A program made the position numbers and the translations under genes. This document shows, piece by piece, positions 11,797-21,839 of a stretch of 64,000 nt of DNA. The stretch spans positions 162,494 to 226,493 of the forward strand of contig NIVC01001608.1 in the NCBI GenBank assembly GCA_002269645.1, given 5' to 3'. The stretch is from Macrostomum lignano. Its lineage: Eukaryota. Below the pieces are notes generated by a model, which did not search any database, was not told the origin of the DNA, and saw only the letters and a list, made by a program, of their open reading frames with translations. Numbering within the stretch: position 1 is the first letter of the stretch; each line of letters opens with the position of its first letter.

Positions 11797-13091
11797 CTAC
11801 CAGTCCGTCACGAACCGCTTTTTGGCTGCTGGGTACTGGCGCTCCATCATTAGCTGATCCAGTACGAAGTCCTCCCAGGTCATGGGACCGATGCTCGGCG
11901 ACTGCCTGCTAGGTTGAGCACAAGTTGAGTATAGGTTGAGTATAGGTTGAGCATAGGTTGAGCACAAGTTGAGCATAGGTTGAGCATAGGTTGAGTGTAG
12001 GTTGAGTATAGATTGAGTACAGGTTGGGCATAGGTTGAACACAGGTTGAGTGTAAGTTGAGCATAGGTTGAGTATAGGTTGAGCACAGGTTGAGCACAGG
12101 TTGAGCATAGGTTTAGCATAGGTTTAGCATAGGTTGAGCACAGTTTAAGCATAGGTTGAGCATGAGTATGCTGAGTATAGGTTGAGCACAGGTTGAGCAT
12201 AGGTTGAGCACAGGTTGAGTGTAGGTTGAGCATAGATTGAGTACAAGTTGGGCACAGGTTGAGCACAGGTTGGGCATAGGCATGAAATGTAACTAGACAA
12301 TTCGCAGACCAGCAATACCTGTACCAATGGTGTCCATCTGCCTGTCTCCCAAGGTGAGGTTCCTCATCTGTAAGCCAAACGATCAATATAAAAGGGTACA
12401 TGAAACGAAAGAAATTATGACTGCAGCTGCGGCTTACCATTCGTATTGTAACTTGTCTCAGACAATACTTCTGAAATAGATACAAATAGTTTTATTAAGA
12501 AAAACTTAATTAGTGCATTAATTAGCGACTATAATTAGAAAATGCTCACCTAGCAGGCAGCAGGACACGGTCAGGAGAGCAATTAACGTTAGTGACGCAG
12601 AATGCATTGTGCGACGCCTAACAGTTGATAGTCTTAATAGTTTTTTTCTATGCTTTACAAAAAAGCTGAGAGCGCCGCCGCTGCAATGATCCCCCAGAAA
12701 TTGGGATTATTTTAAATTGAATTTCCTTCACATTGCTCAGGTTTGAGCGCCTGCCATTGGCTGTCGGAATTGGTCATTAGAGACACTGTTGGCTGCGGCA
12801 AGCACCTGCCAGCACACTGCAGGCAACCCATGCCCGAAGTCTTTCTCGTGGGCGGTGTAGTAATGGGCTCAAGGCCCAGTAGAATTTGCTGAATAAGAAG
12901 TTAGCCACAACTTGGGCACAACCCCCAAGGCGCAGAGATTGTACATGCCGGATGATTTGAAAGTCAGGGCCGCTGTACACTCTGATACATTCTCGGCGTT
13001 GTCAAGCAGGCCGGTCTCGACCACCTGCTCGACCACGAACAAATTTAGATGACAAAAAACTGCTGTAATCTGGACGCGGTCCCCAGAAAAC
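11797..13091 (-). CDS. Putative small spliced ORF of unknown function (exons 13091-13025, 12367-12319, 11905-11797), 5' end unresolved
   Basis: Three GT-AG-bounded unique blocks join in frame (phases 1 and 2) to give VFWGPRPDYSSFLSSKFVRGRADEEPHLGRQADGHHWYRQSPSIGPMTWEDFVLDQLMMERQYPAAKKRFVTDW*. No family recognised. Confidence 0.4.
11909..12280. repeat. Degenerate ~10-11-bp minisatellite (GCATAGGTTGA-like)
   Basis: Direct observation. It fills the putative intron and abuts the acceptor at 11907-11906. Confidence 0.85.
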
Positions 13092-13446
13092 CTAGAAAAG
13101 TAAAAACTATAGAAAAAGCAGTCAGAAACTGTTGCTGCCACTAGCAGTAGTGTGCTTCTGATGCTGTTCCAAGTGCGTTAAAAATCGAACAAAAGTCAAC
13201 AAGAATCGCAAAATGTTTTTTTTTCTGCCTACAAAGCTGATTAGCATTGTCTAATGATGGCAATTCATTAGAGAAATTTGACTGAAAAGACGAATGAGTC
13301 TGATTGACAAATCCGATTGAAAGCTGCATCTCATCGCAAACTTTGAACTTAAATTTTTAAGCTGACAGGTCTAAACTCACTTGACTTGATTAGAGTTTTT
13401 CCAGAGGCTTAAGAAAGCTAGAATGTGAATTTTTCTTTATTAAAAC

Positions 13447-14133
<687 letters not shown>

Positions 14134-14134
14134 G

Positions 14135-15290
14135 GCAGGATGAGATGTAGCTGGATGAGAGCAGATTTTCTAGCATTCCTGATTAAGCAATCAGAGCATC
14201 TTTGAATATTCAGGATGCTTGTTAGGCTTCTGCTGGCTTCATCAAAGTCGTCTTTAAACGTGCAACGGTGAGCGTAACGGAGGAACTGAGCTTTCAATAT
14301 AACCTTGAATGTTTGCTTTGGTTGAAATGACTCCGGATGCAAGAGCTGGCGTGAATCGGTGGGTTTGAAGTAGATCGAGCACGAAAGTCTCTTTGTGTTG
14401 TTGACTTCGTCAGTCAGACTGACACGGCAGTCCAGGAAGTGAAGCTTCTCTCTGCTGTATTGCACCGTGAGTGGGACGGATTTCCAGGCAGACATAAAGA
14501 TGTTGGCGTAGGATGGCGCAAAGGCCTTTTCCATGCATGTGCCTTTGACTTGAAGATAGCGCGCGTCGTTGAAAACCAAAATCAATTTCGTTGAAGTTAA
14601 TGTCCAGGTGCACAAGTAGATGGTTATCTGGCCTTGAGGTTTGCGGAACTTTTTGAAAGGCATCTCTAATGACGTCCGTCCCCTTATCAGTGGGAATATT
14701 GGTGTACAGGGATTCAACATCCATTGTAACCAGAAAGGCATTTTCGTCTTAGTCAAAAATCAAATGATTGACAGCAGCTTGGAAAGTGGTCCGTGTCTCG
14801 GATGAAGGAGTCTTGTAGGAAGAGATCGATAAATTTGGCTCTTACGTAACTTTCCGAGCTGCAGTCCGAGACGAGATAAAAAATTGCGAGTATTGAAAAA
14901 TGGTTTTAATAATGGCACTGGTCTGGGTGCTCATTGCGAAGTCAAGAGGTTGGTAGAAGGTTCCTGTTGGAGAGCTTCATGATGACTATATTGCTGGCCT
15001 TGTCGGCAGGTTTAATGACGATGCTGCTGTTGCCTCGAAGAGTCTTCAGTGCCATTCTCTGCTGCTCCTGAAGGCTTGGCATGTTGAGTATGATTCTTGG
15101 AATACTGATCTTGTCTAGGATTTCAAAAAAGTCCCCGTGAGAGCGCCACTTGTCCAAGTTGATGTTGGGGATTGAAGCTCGTCCAGAGTAAGGGGTGTTG
15201 ACAAAGTTCTTGCCCAATTCTATAATTTCGGTTTCGCAGTCAAAGAGACGATAATTCGATAAATTCAAGACTTGGCTGCGTGGTCGCATT
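14135..15290 (-). mobile_element. Degenerate Penelope-like retroelement (RT fragment with frameshifts and deletions)
   Basis: Penelope-type RT motifs appear in shifting frames: VLNLSNY..LGKNF..TP, IVIKPADK, SFIRDTDHF, DVESLYTNIP, YLQVKGT.M...APSYANIFM, HFLD, YFKPTDSRQLLH, K.Q.LRY. The YxDD segment is missing and no GIY-YIG domain was seen. Confidence 0.85.
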
Positions 15291-15709
15291 CCTTGCCATA
15301 GACAATATTGAAGACTTTCAAGACGGATCGGTCAGATAGTGTGACACGTGACCCTTCCGGTTGAGATTCTGGGCATGTCGGCTCAATTTGTCTACAGTGT
15401 TTCGGATGCTGCCTGTTGCCATGACATCCCCCGCTGAGTCAAGTGTGTAAATATTTGCCTTCTGAAAAGGCCTTGCGACAATGATTACCGATTTTTGTTA
15501 GCTGCTTGTCGAGGACACCTTCGAATAGTCTCTGCAGGTCATGACAGCCGGCAGGGCAGCCGGACCAATCCCAGCCAGCCCAGGCCGTCTCTCTCGCAGC
15601 TCCCCACCGGGCTTAAAAGCTAACCTGCAGCAGCTGTGTCCAGCGCCCCAGCGGACCTCATCGAACCCTGAAACGCAGCAGCTTCCTCCAAGTCAAGCGT
15701 CGAGAAACA

Positions 15710-16074
15710 ATGAACGCCACTCCGGTTCTCAATGGCAGCGCGCCTGTCGGCGTGGGCGCCACATCTCTTGGCGCCACCGTCCTGGTCTCGGCGCTGTACC
15801 TGGCCATCATGCTGGTGGGACTGTTCGGCAACAGCCTGGTCATCGTCACCATCCTGATGGACAAGAGGATGCGCGCCTCGGTGACAAATTTGTACATCCT
15901 CAACCTGGCCTGCTCCGACCTGCTGTCGTTGCTGCTGGCTCTGGCGGAAATCGGCTTCCGGTTGGCCTCGCAGCACTGGTTCCTCGGGCTGGCCGCCTGC
16001 AAGCTGCTGCGCTTCATCATGACCGCTGCGTTTTATACGTCGGTAATCACCTTGACAACCGTGTGCGTTGAGCG
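15710..16074 (+). CDS. Class A (rhodopsin-like) peptide GPCR exon 1 (TM1-TM3)
   Basis: GN in TM1, TNLYILNLACSD in TM2, ACKL (C3.25), ending CVE-CG|gtgagt. The phase-2 intron falls inside the E/DRY motif. Confidence 0.92.
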
Positions 16075-16122
16075 GTGAGTGCAAGCCGGATTATACGGGA
16101 GCGAATGGCGGGGGGTTTTTGA

Positions 16123-17410
16123 GTGTCAGGTGTGTCAGGTATGCTTTAATGTGTGTGTCAGGTATGCTTTAATGTGTGTGTCAGTTGTGCTTTAATATGT
16201 GTGTCAGGTGTGGTTTAATATGTGTGTCAGGTATGCTTTAATGTGTGTGTCAGGCGTGTCACGTATGCTTTAATGTGTGTGTCAGGTGTGCTTTAATGTG
16301 TGTGTCAGGTGTGTCAGGTATGCTTTAATGTGTGTCAGGCGTGTCAGGTATGCTTTAATGTGTGTGTCAGTTGTGCTTTAATATGTGTGTCAGTTGTGCT
16401 TTAATATGTGTGTCAGGTGTGGTTTAATATGTGTGTCAGGTGTGCTTTAATGTGTGTGTCAGTTGTGCTTTAATATGTGTGTCAGTTGTGCTTTAATGTG
16501 TGTGTCAGGTGTGCTTTAATGTGTGTGTCAGTTGTGCTTTAATATGTGTGTCAGTTGTGCTTTAATATGTGTGTCAGGTGTGCTTTAATATGTGTGTCAG
16601 GTGTGCTTTAATGTGTGTGTCAGTTGTGCTTTAATATGTGTGTCAGTTGTGCTTTAATGTGTGTGTCAGTTATGCTTTAATTTGTGTGTCAGTTGTGCTT
16701 TAATATGTGTCAGTTGTGCTTTAATATGTGTGTCAGGTGTGCTTTAATGTGTGTGTCAGTTATGCTTTAATATGTGTGTCAGTTGTGCTTTAATATGTTT
16801 GTCAGGTGTGCTTTAATATGTGTGTCAGGTGTGTTTTAATGTGTGTGTCAGGTATGCTTTAATGTGTGTGTCAGGCGTGTCAGGTGTGCTTTAATGTGTG
16901 TGTCAGGTATGCTTTAATGTGTGTGTCAGGCGTGTCAGGTATGCTTTAATGTGTGTGTCAGGTGTGCTTTAATGTGTGTGTCAGGTGTGTCAGGTATGCT
17001 TTAATGTGTGTGTCAGGCGTGTCAGGTATGCTTTAATGTGTGTGTCAGTTGTGCTTTAATATGTGTGTCAGTTGTGCTTTAATATGTGTGTCAGGTGTGC
17101 TTTAATATGTGTGTCAGGTGTGCTTTAATGTGTGTGTCAGTTGTGCTTTAATGTGTGTGTCAGGTATGCTTTAAAATGTGTGTCAGGTGTGTGCCATACT
17201 GTGTGTCAGGTATGCCATACTGTGTGTCAGGTATGCCGTACTGTGTGTCAGGTGTGTGCCATACTGTGTGTCAGGTATGCCATACTGTGTGTCAGGTGTG
17301 TGCCATACTGTGTGTCAGGTATGCCATACTGTGTGTCAGGTGTGCCATACTGTGTGTCAGGTGTGCCATACTGTGTGTCAGGTATGCCATACTGTGTGTC
17401 AGGTGTGCCT
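16123..17410. repeat. ~23-bp GT-rich minisatellite (GTGTGTCAGGTATGCTTTAAT core), changing to a CCATACTGTGTGTCAGG variant after about 17190
   Basis: Direct observation. Starts about 50 nt into GPCR intron 1. Confidence 0.92.
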
Positions 17411-18169
17411 TACTATGCTTACAATTCGAGATGATGTATTACAGACATAACAATGTGCCAAGTTAGTGTCACTATGCATAGCGCTATGCGAAGCAGCTGA
17501 TGCACACACTCGGGGACCCGACCGCAATCTGCGGCAGTACAAGTCACTGCCCAGCTGTCATGGTCCCGCCATCCTACACTCAGACCAGCAGTTTTGTAAA
17601 CTTCTGTCTGCCTACTGCTAGAGAGAGTCCGGAGGGCCGACGGGAGCTCGACCAGATGCAAGGGACAGGTCTCTCGTTGCTGGGGACTTTTTTTTACATT
17701 TTTTACCTTCACTGGCTGTAGAGTTTGCCCTGAGAGGAGAGGGAATGATGGCGAAGGAGGGAGGGAGGGAACGTAAGGGACGGAAATGGCTAATCCTTCC
17801 TCTTTCAGGGTTTCGTCTTCGAGTTTGCATTTATGGTTACTGGGGACAGGGGAAGCTGCGATGAGGCCCAGCTGCCTCTCTCCTCCCTGCCGCTGTTGCT
17901 TGTGCGCGAGAAAGATCAATAGTAGCAGCATTCTGGGGGGGGGGGTTCTGCAGACAATCGCTTTCTAAGCAGAGCTCCACTTGCTGGGAGTTGCCACTGC
18001 GCGTTGCTTTCAGCCTTGCCGACACTTTGGTAGGCGGTTCGGGTTGCCCGCTCCGGCACATGCAGCCTTCGCTACTCTGTGAAAATCGGACTGAGAAACT
18101 GCTGCGAGAGAGCGCAAGTATGCTCTGGTCTGAATCAAATCAAGAGAAATGCACTGCTCAAGAAAGCCT

Positions 18170-18964
18170 GAATCCGAATCTGAATCTGAATCCGAATCTG
18201 AATCTGAATCTGAATCTGAATCCGAATTTGAATCCGAATCTGAATCTGAATCCGAATCTGAATCTGAATCTAAATCTGAATCCGAATCCGAATCTGAATC
18301 TGAATCTAAATCTGAATCCGAATCTGAATCCGAATCTGAATCCGAATCTGAATCCGAATCCGAATCTGAATCTGAATCCGAATCCAAATCCGATTCTGAA
18401 TCCGAATCCGAATCTGAATCCGAATCTGAATCCGAATCCGAATCTGAATCCGAATCCAAATCCGAATCCGAATCCGAATCTGAATCCGAATCTAAATCCG
18501 AATTCGAATCCAAATCCGATTCTGAATCCGAATCCGAATCTGAATCCGAATCCGAATCTGAATCTAAATCTGAATCCGAATCCGAATCTGAATCTGAATC
18601 TAAATCTGAATCCGAATCTGAATCCGAATCTGAATCCGAATCTGAATCCGAATCCGAATCTGAATCTGAATCCGAATCCAAATCCGATTCTGAATCCGAA
18701 TCCGAATCTGAATCCGAATCTGAATCCGAATCCGAATCTGAATCCGAATCCGAATCCAAATCCGAATCCGAATCTGAATCCGAATCCGAATCCGAATCTG
18801 AATCTGAATCTGAATCCGAATCTGAATCCGAATCTGAATCTGAATCCGAATCTGAATCTGAATCCGAATCTGAATCTGAATCCGAATCCGAATCCGAATC
18901 TGAATCTGAATCTGAATCCGAATCTGAATCCGAATCCAAATCCGAATCCGAATCTGAATCCGAA
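18170..18964. repeat. Hexamer repeat (GAATCC/GAATCT)n
   Basis: Direct observation. Confidence 0.95.
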
Positions 18965-19431
18965 TTAAAGGTTCCATAAAGCCGAGCACAATTGTGCAAA
19001 CCGCCAGCTAGCTGCTAATCTCCCTAATCCCAGTCAGCAAGTCATTAATATTTGTGCACGTAAGCGCAAGCTGCATCAGTTGACGGACAGCTCATCGGGA
19101 GCAATCAGCGCAGCTATACGAGTATTCATTCGGGTTAGTGGTACATTTTGGTCCGGTATCGAGTGAGCAAATCCTGACCTGCATGCCAATTAGCCTGGGG
19201 CAGCTCTGGCTCTCGTCTCTGTGCCAGCCAGCCTTCTTCCTCAAGTTGTTATCCGACGCGATCGATGCGACTTATTTTCGGGAGTTGTTGACTGAGTAGC
19301 TTCTCACATTGAGTAGCTGCTGACTGCCCGAGATATGGGAGCTCAGATTTGGAAAAGGATCATGGAAGACATTACCGGTGGCCAAAATCTGTGCCAGAAA
19401 GGAGGTGTAAAAATAAGTTTGCGTGAAAGAA

Positions 19432-19569
19432 TCAGTGTCAGAGGTGATAGAATGAGTGTCAGAGGTGATAGAATGAGTGTCAGAGGTGATAGAATGAGTG
19501 TCAGAGGTGATAGAATGAGTGTCAGAGGTGATAGAATGAGTGTCAGAGGTGATAGAATGAGTGTCAGAG
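19432..19569. repeat. 21/20-bp minisatellite (GAGTGTCAGAGGTGATAGAAT), left part, split by the LTR element
   Basis: The same unit resumes at 27754. Confidence 0.95.
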
Positions 19570-20534
19570 TGTTGTATCCCCCTTCCTCGCTGGCACGGCC
19601 GGGTTGGGCGACGGGTAGCGGTGTCGGGGTTCGGGTACTGGACTGCCCAGGGCTTACGAGCTCGATCGGCGACCCCGAGGCGTACGGACACTTCGGGGGG
19701 AGGTCAAGGTTGAGAAGTCGAGAGAGAGGGGAGGGGCGGCTGTGGGCGGGCGGCCACTCGACAGCCTGGTGAGTCAAGGAAGAGAGAGAGGGCTGCGGGC
19801 GGTCGGCCACTCGACAGCCTGGTGAGTCAAGGAAAAGAGAGAGGGCTGTGGGCGGGCGGCCACTCGACAGCCTGGTGAGTCAAGGAAGAGAGAGAGGGCT
19901 GCGGGCGGTCGGCCACTCGACAGCCTGGTGAGTCAGACTGAGGAGAGAGTGAGAGAGAGAGAGATCAGGAGAGCGACCCGAGGAACACAGGCAATTGTCT
20001 CGACAGCTTACCGGGCCGGGTCGATTATAGCACTCATACACGGGAAGGCCGATCGATTGCAATAAATTGAGTCTTCGCAGTAAGAGACCGTCTCTACGGT
20101 TGATCGCTGGTCACGTTCGTTTATTTATCGCGGTGGGCGCAAATGGGCGCAGGCACGGTGAGAAAAGGGGCGGGGTCTGAGCGTCGCCTTAAATAACGAG
20201 TAAAAAGGGGCAGGGGCGCAAACAAGGGGGGGGAGAAAGGGCTTAAACAATGGAGCTGATTGACAGCTGATTGGCTGCGGCGAGGGAGGGTGGAAGCGCG
20301 CACGGCCAGGGAGAGGGAGAGAGAGCAGAGGCCCAGCCAATCAGCACGGCTAGCCAAAGGGCTAAACAGCCAAGGCGAGAGAGAGAGAGAAAGAGAGCAG
20401 AGGCTCAGCCAAAGGGCTCATAGCTCCAGACTGGCTTGAGCCGGGGGGGGGGGGGTAACAATAATCAACTACCAAAGTCAACAACTATCAAAGTGCACTT
20501 GCACCAGGGGAGCACTGTGACACAGGTCACAACA
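19570..20534 (-). repeat. 3' LTR (965 bp)
   Basis: Direct repeat of 26786-27753, preceded on the minus strand by the PPT. Confidence 0.96.
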
Positions 20535-20545
20535 CCCTCCCCCCT
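20535..20545 (-). promoter_or_regulatory. Polypurine tract
   Basis: AGGGGGGAGGG immediately before the 3' LTR. Confidence 0.9.
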
Positions 20546-20630
20546 AAAAAAAAGAAAACGACGCGCTTTGACTAAATGAAAATGAAAAAAAATGTAATGA
20601 AATGAAACTGAATGAAAGAGACCAAGAGTG

Positions 20631-21374
20631 TCAGGCAGCGGCCGAGAGCGCAGGACAGGGGCCGAGGATGTCGGACAGGCCGAGAACACCGGGCACGGCC
20701 GAGAATGCCGGACTGTGGCCGAAAACGCCGGGCATGGCCGAGAATGCCGGACAGCGACCAAGAATGCCGGGCAGCGGCCGAGGACGCCTGGCATGGCCGA
20801 GAATGCCGGACAGCGGCCGAGAATGCCGGGCAGCGGCCGAGAATGCCGGGCAACGACCGAGAATGCCGGGCAGCGGCCGAGAATGCCGGGCAGCGACCGA
20901 GAACGCCGGGCATGGCCGAGAGTGCCGGACAGCGGCCGAGAATGCCGGGCAGCGGCCGAGAATGCCGAGCTCTTCTTCCTCTGACTGCGTGATTTCACAG
21001 CAGCTCTGAGCAGTCTCCTCGCCGCCGCAACCACCACGCTCGCTTCCTTCCGACTCCCTGTCCTCGTCTGACTCTTCTGTTTCGTCTTCAATCGTTACGA
21101 CAAACTCCTCCGGGACGCACATCCCATCCGGCGGGACAAAATACCGGGCGCACTCGAGCGGGTTGCTAACGGCATCCTGCCCGAACCGGTCGTACAGCGC
21201 TCGTCGAAACGGACACAGCAGGACCGCACTCGCATGCTGCAGCCTCTGGAAATTCTCCGTTCCACCGGGTCCACACTTGTCGGGGTGCCGTCGCAGGCTC
21301 TCACGGCGGTACGCACGTCGCAGCTCCTCCTCCGTCGCGAAGGGGCTGACACCAAACTCGGCGTAGAGGTCCAT
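20631..21374 (-). CDS. J-domain (DnaJ/Hsp40-type) protein inside the retrotransposon, about 247 aa: J domain, acidic tract, repeat-encoded tail
   Basis: MDLYAEFGVSPFATEEELRRAYRRESLRRHPDKCGPGGTENFQRLQHASAVLLCPFRRALYDRFG aligns by eye with the J-domain consensus, including HPD and R..YD..G. Confidence 0.9.
   Translation of the reverse strand: MDLYAEFGVSPFATEEELRRAYRRESLRRHPDKCGPGGTENFQRLQHASAVLLCPFRRALYDRFGQDAVSNPLECARYFVPPDGMCVPEEFVVTIEDETEESDEDRESEGSERGGCGGEETAQSCCEITQSEEEELGILGRCPAFSAAVRHSRPCPAFSVAARHSRPLPGILGRCPAFSAAARHSRPLSGILGHARRPRPLPGILGRCPAFSAMPGVFGHSPAFSAVPGVLGLSDILGPCPALSAAA
20638..20970. repeat. ~20-bp GC-rich repeat (GGCCGAGAATGCCGGGCAGC) in the 3' part of the J ORF
   Basis: Direct observation, about 15 variant copies. 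Confidence 0.88.
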
Positions 21375-21572
21375 GCCCGGAAAGCAGTGCCTGCAACAAC
21401 CACGACTCACTTTTGAGAGCAGGGCAATGGTTCCTTCGAGCCTCTTTGGGGCGCCGATCCTTCATCCCTGATGGCAGGGTTGGGCAGGTGGGACCTCCAC
21501 TGACGGGCCTTAAGAGGGGAAATATATATTTTTGTTTGTGAAGCAGAGGCAATAACACGAGCCCAGTTTTCA

Positions 21573-21812
21573 ATAACGCGGGTGATGACGCAGACGATGC
21601 TTCGAACCAAATGTTGATGACGCAGGTGATGACGCGGATGATGCTTCGAACCAATTATTTATGACACAGGAGATGACGCGGATGATGCTTCGAGCCAATT
21701 ATTTATGACGCAGGAGATGACGCGAATGATGCTTCGAACCACTTATTTATGACGCAGGAGATGACGCGGATGATGCTTCGAACCAATTATTTATGACGCA
21801 GGAGATGACGCG
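21573..21812. repeat. 44-bp tandem repeat (4 full plus 2 partial copies) between pol and the J ORF
   Basis: Unit ATGACGCAGGAGATGACGCGGATGATGCTTCGAACCAATTATTT starts at 21617, 21661, 21705, 21749 and 21793. Confidence 0.93.
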
Positions 21813-21839
21813 ACATTGCGCACGCACTCACGTCCGCTC

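Noticed and set aside
15290-15330. N-terminal GIY-YIG motif (NIVYGKEC) upstream of the Penelope-like RT, as in permuted PLE clades
   Set aside because: The match is four residues followed by a stop, with no YIG half. Probably chance.
18010-18999. Long (SD)n / (ES)n / (NP)n ORFs resembling staphylococcal SD-repeat adhesins or dentin phosphoprotein
   Set aside because: They are translations of a hexamer microsatellite that is open in several frames on both strands, with no flanking domains, and lie in an intron.
20975-21170. LxCxE Rb-binding motif after the J domain, as in T antigens
   Set aside because: Only near-misses (LECAR, QSCCE). There is no true LxCxE.
20631-21410. env gene in the third-ORF position
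   Set aside because: No signal peptide, furin site or transmembrane segment. The N-terminus is a clear J domain.
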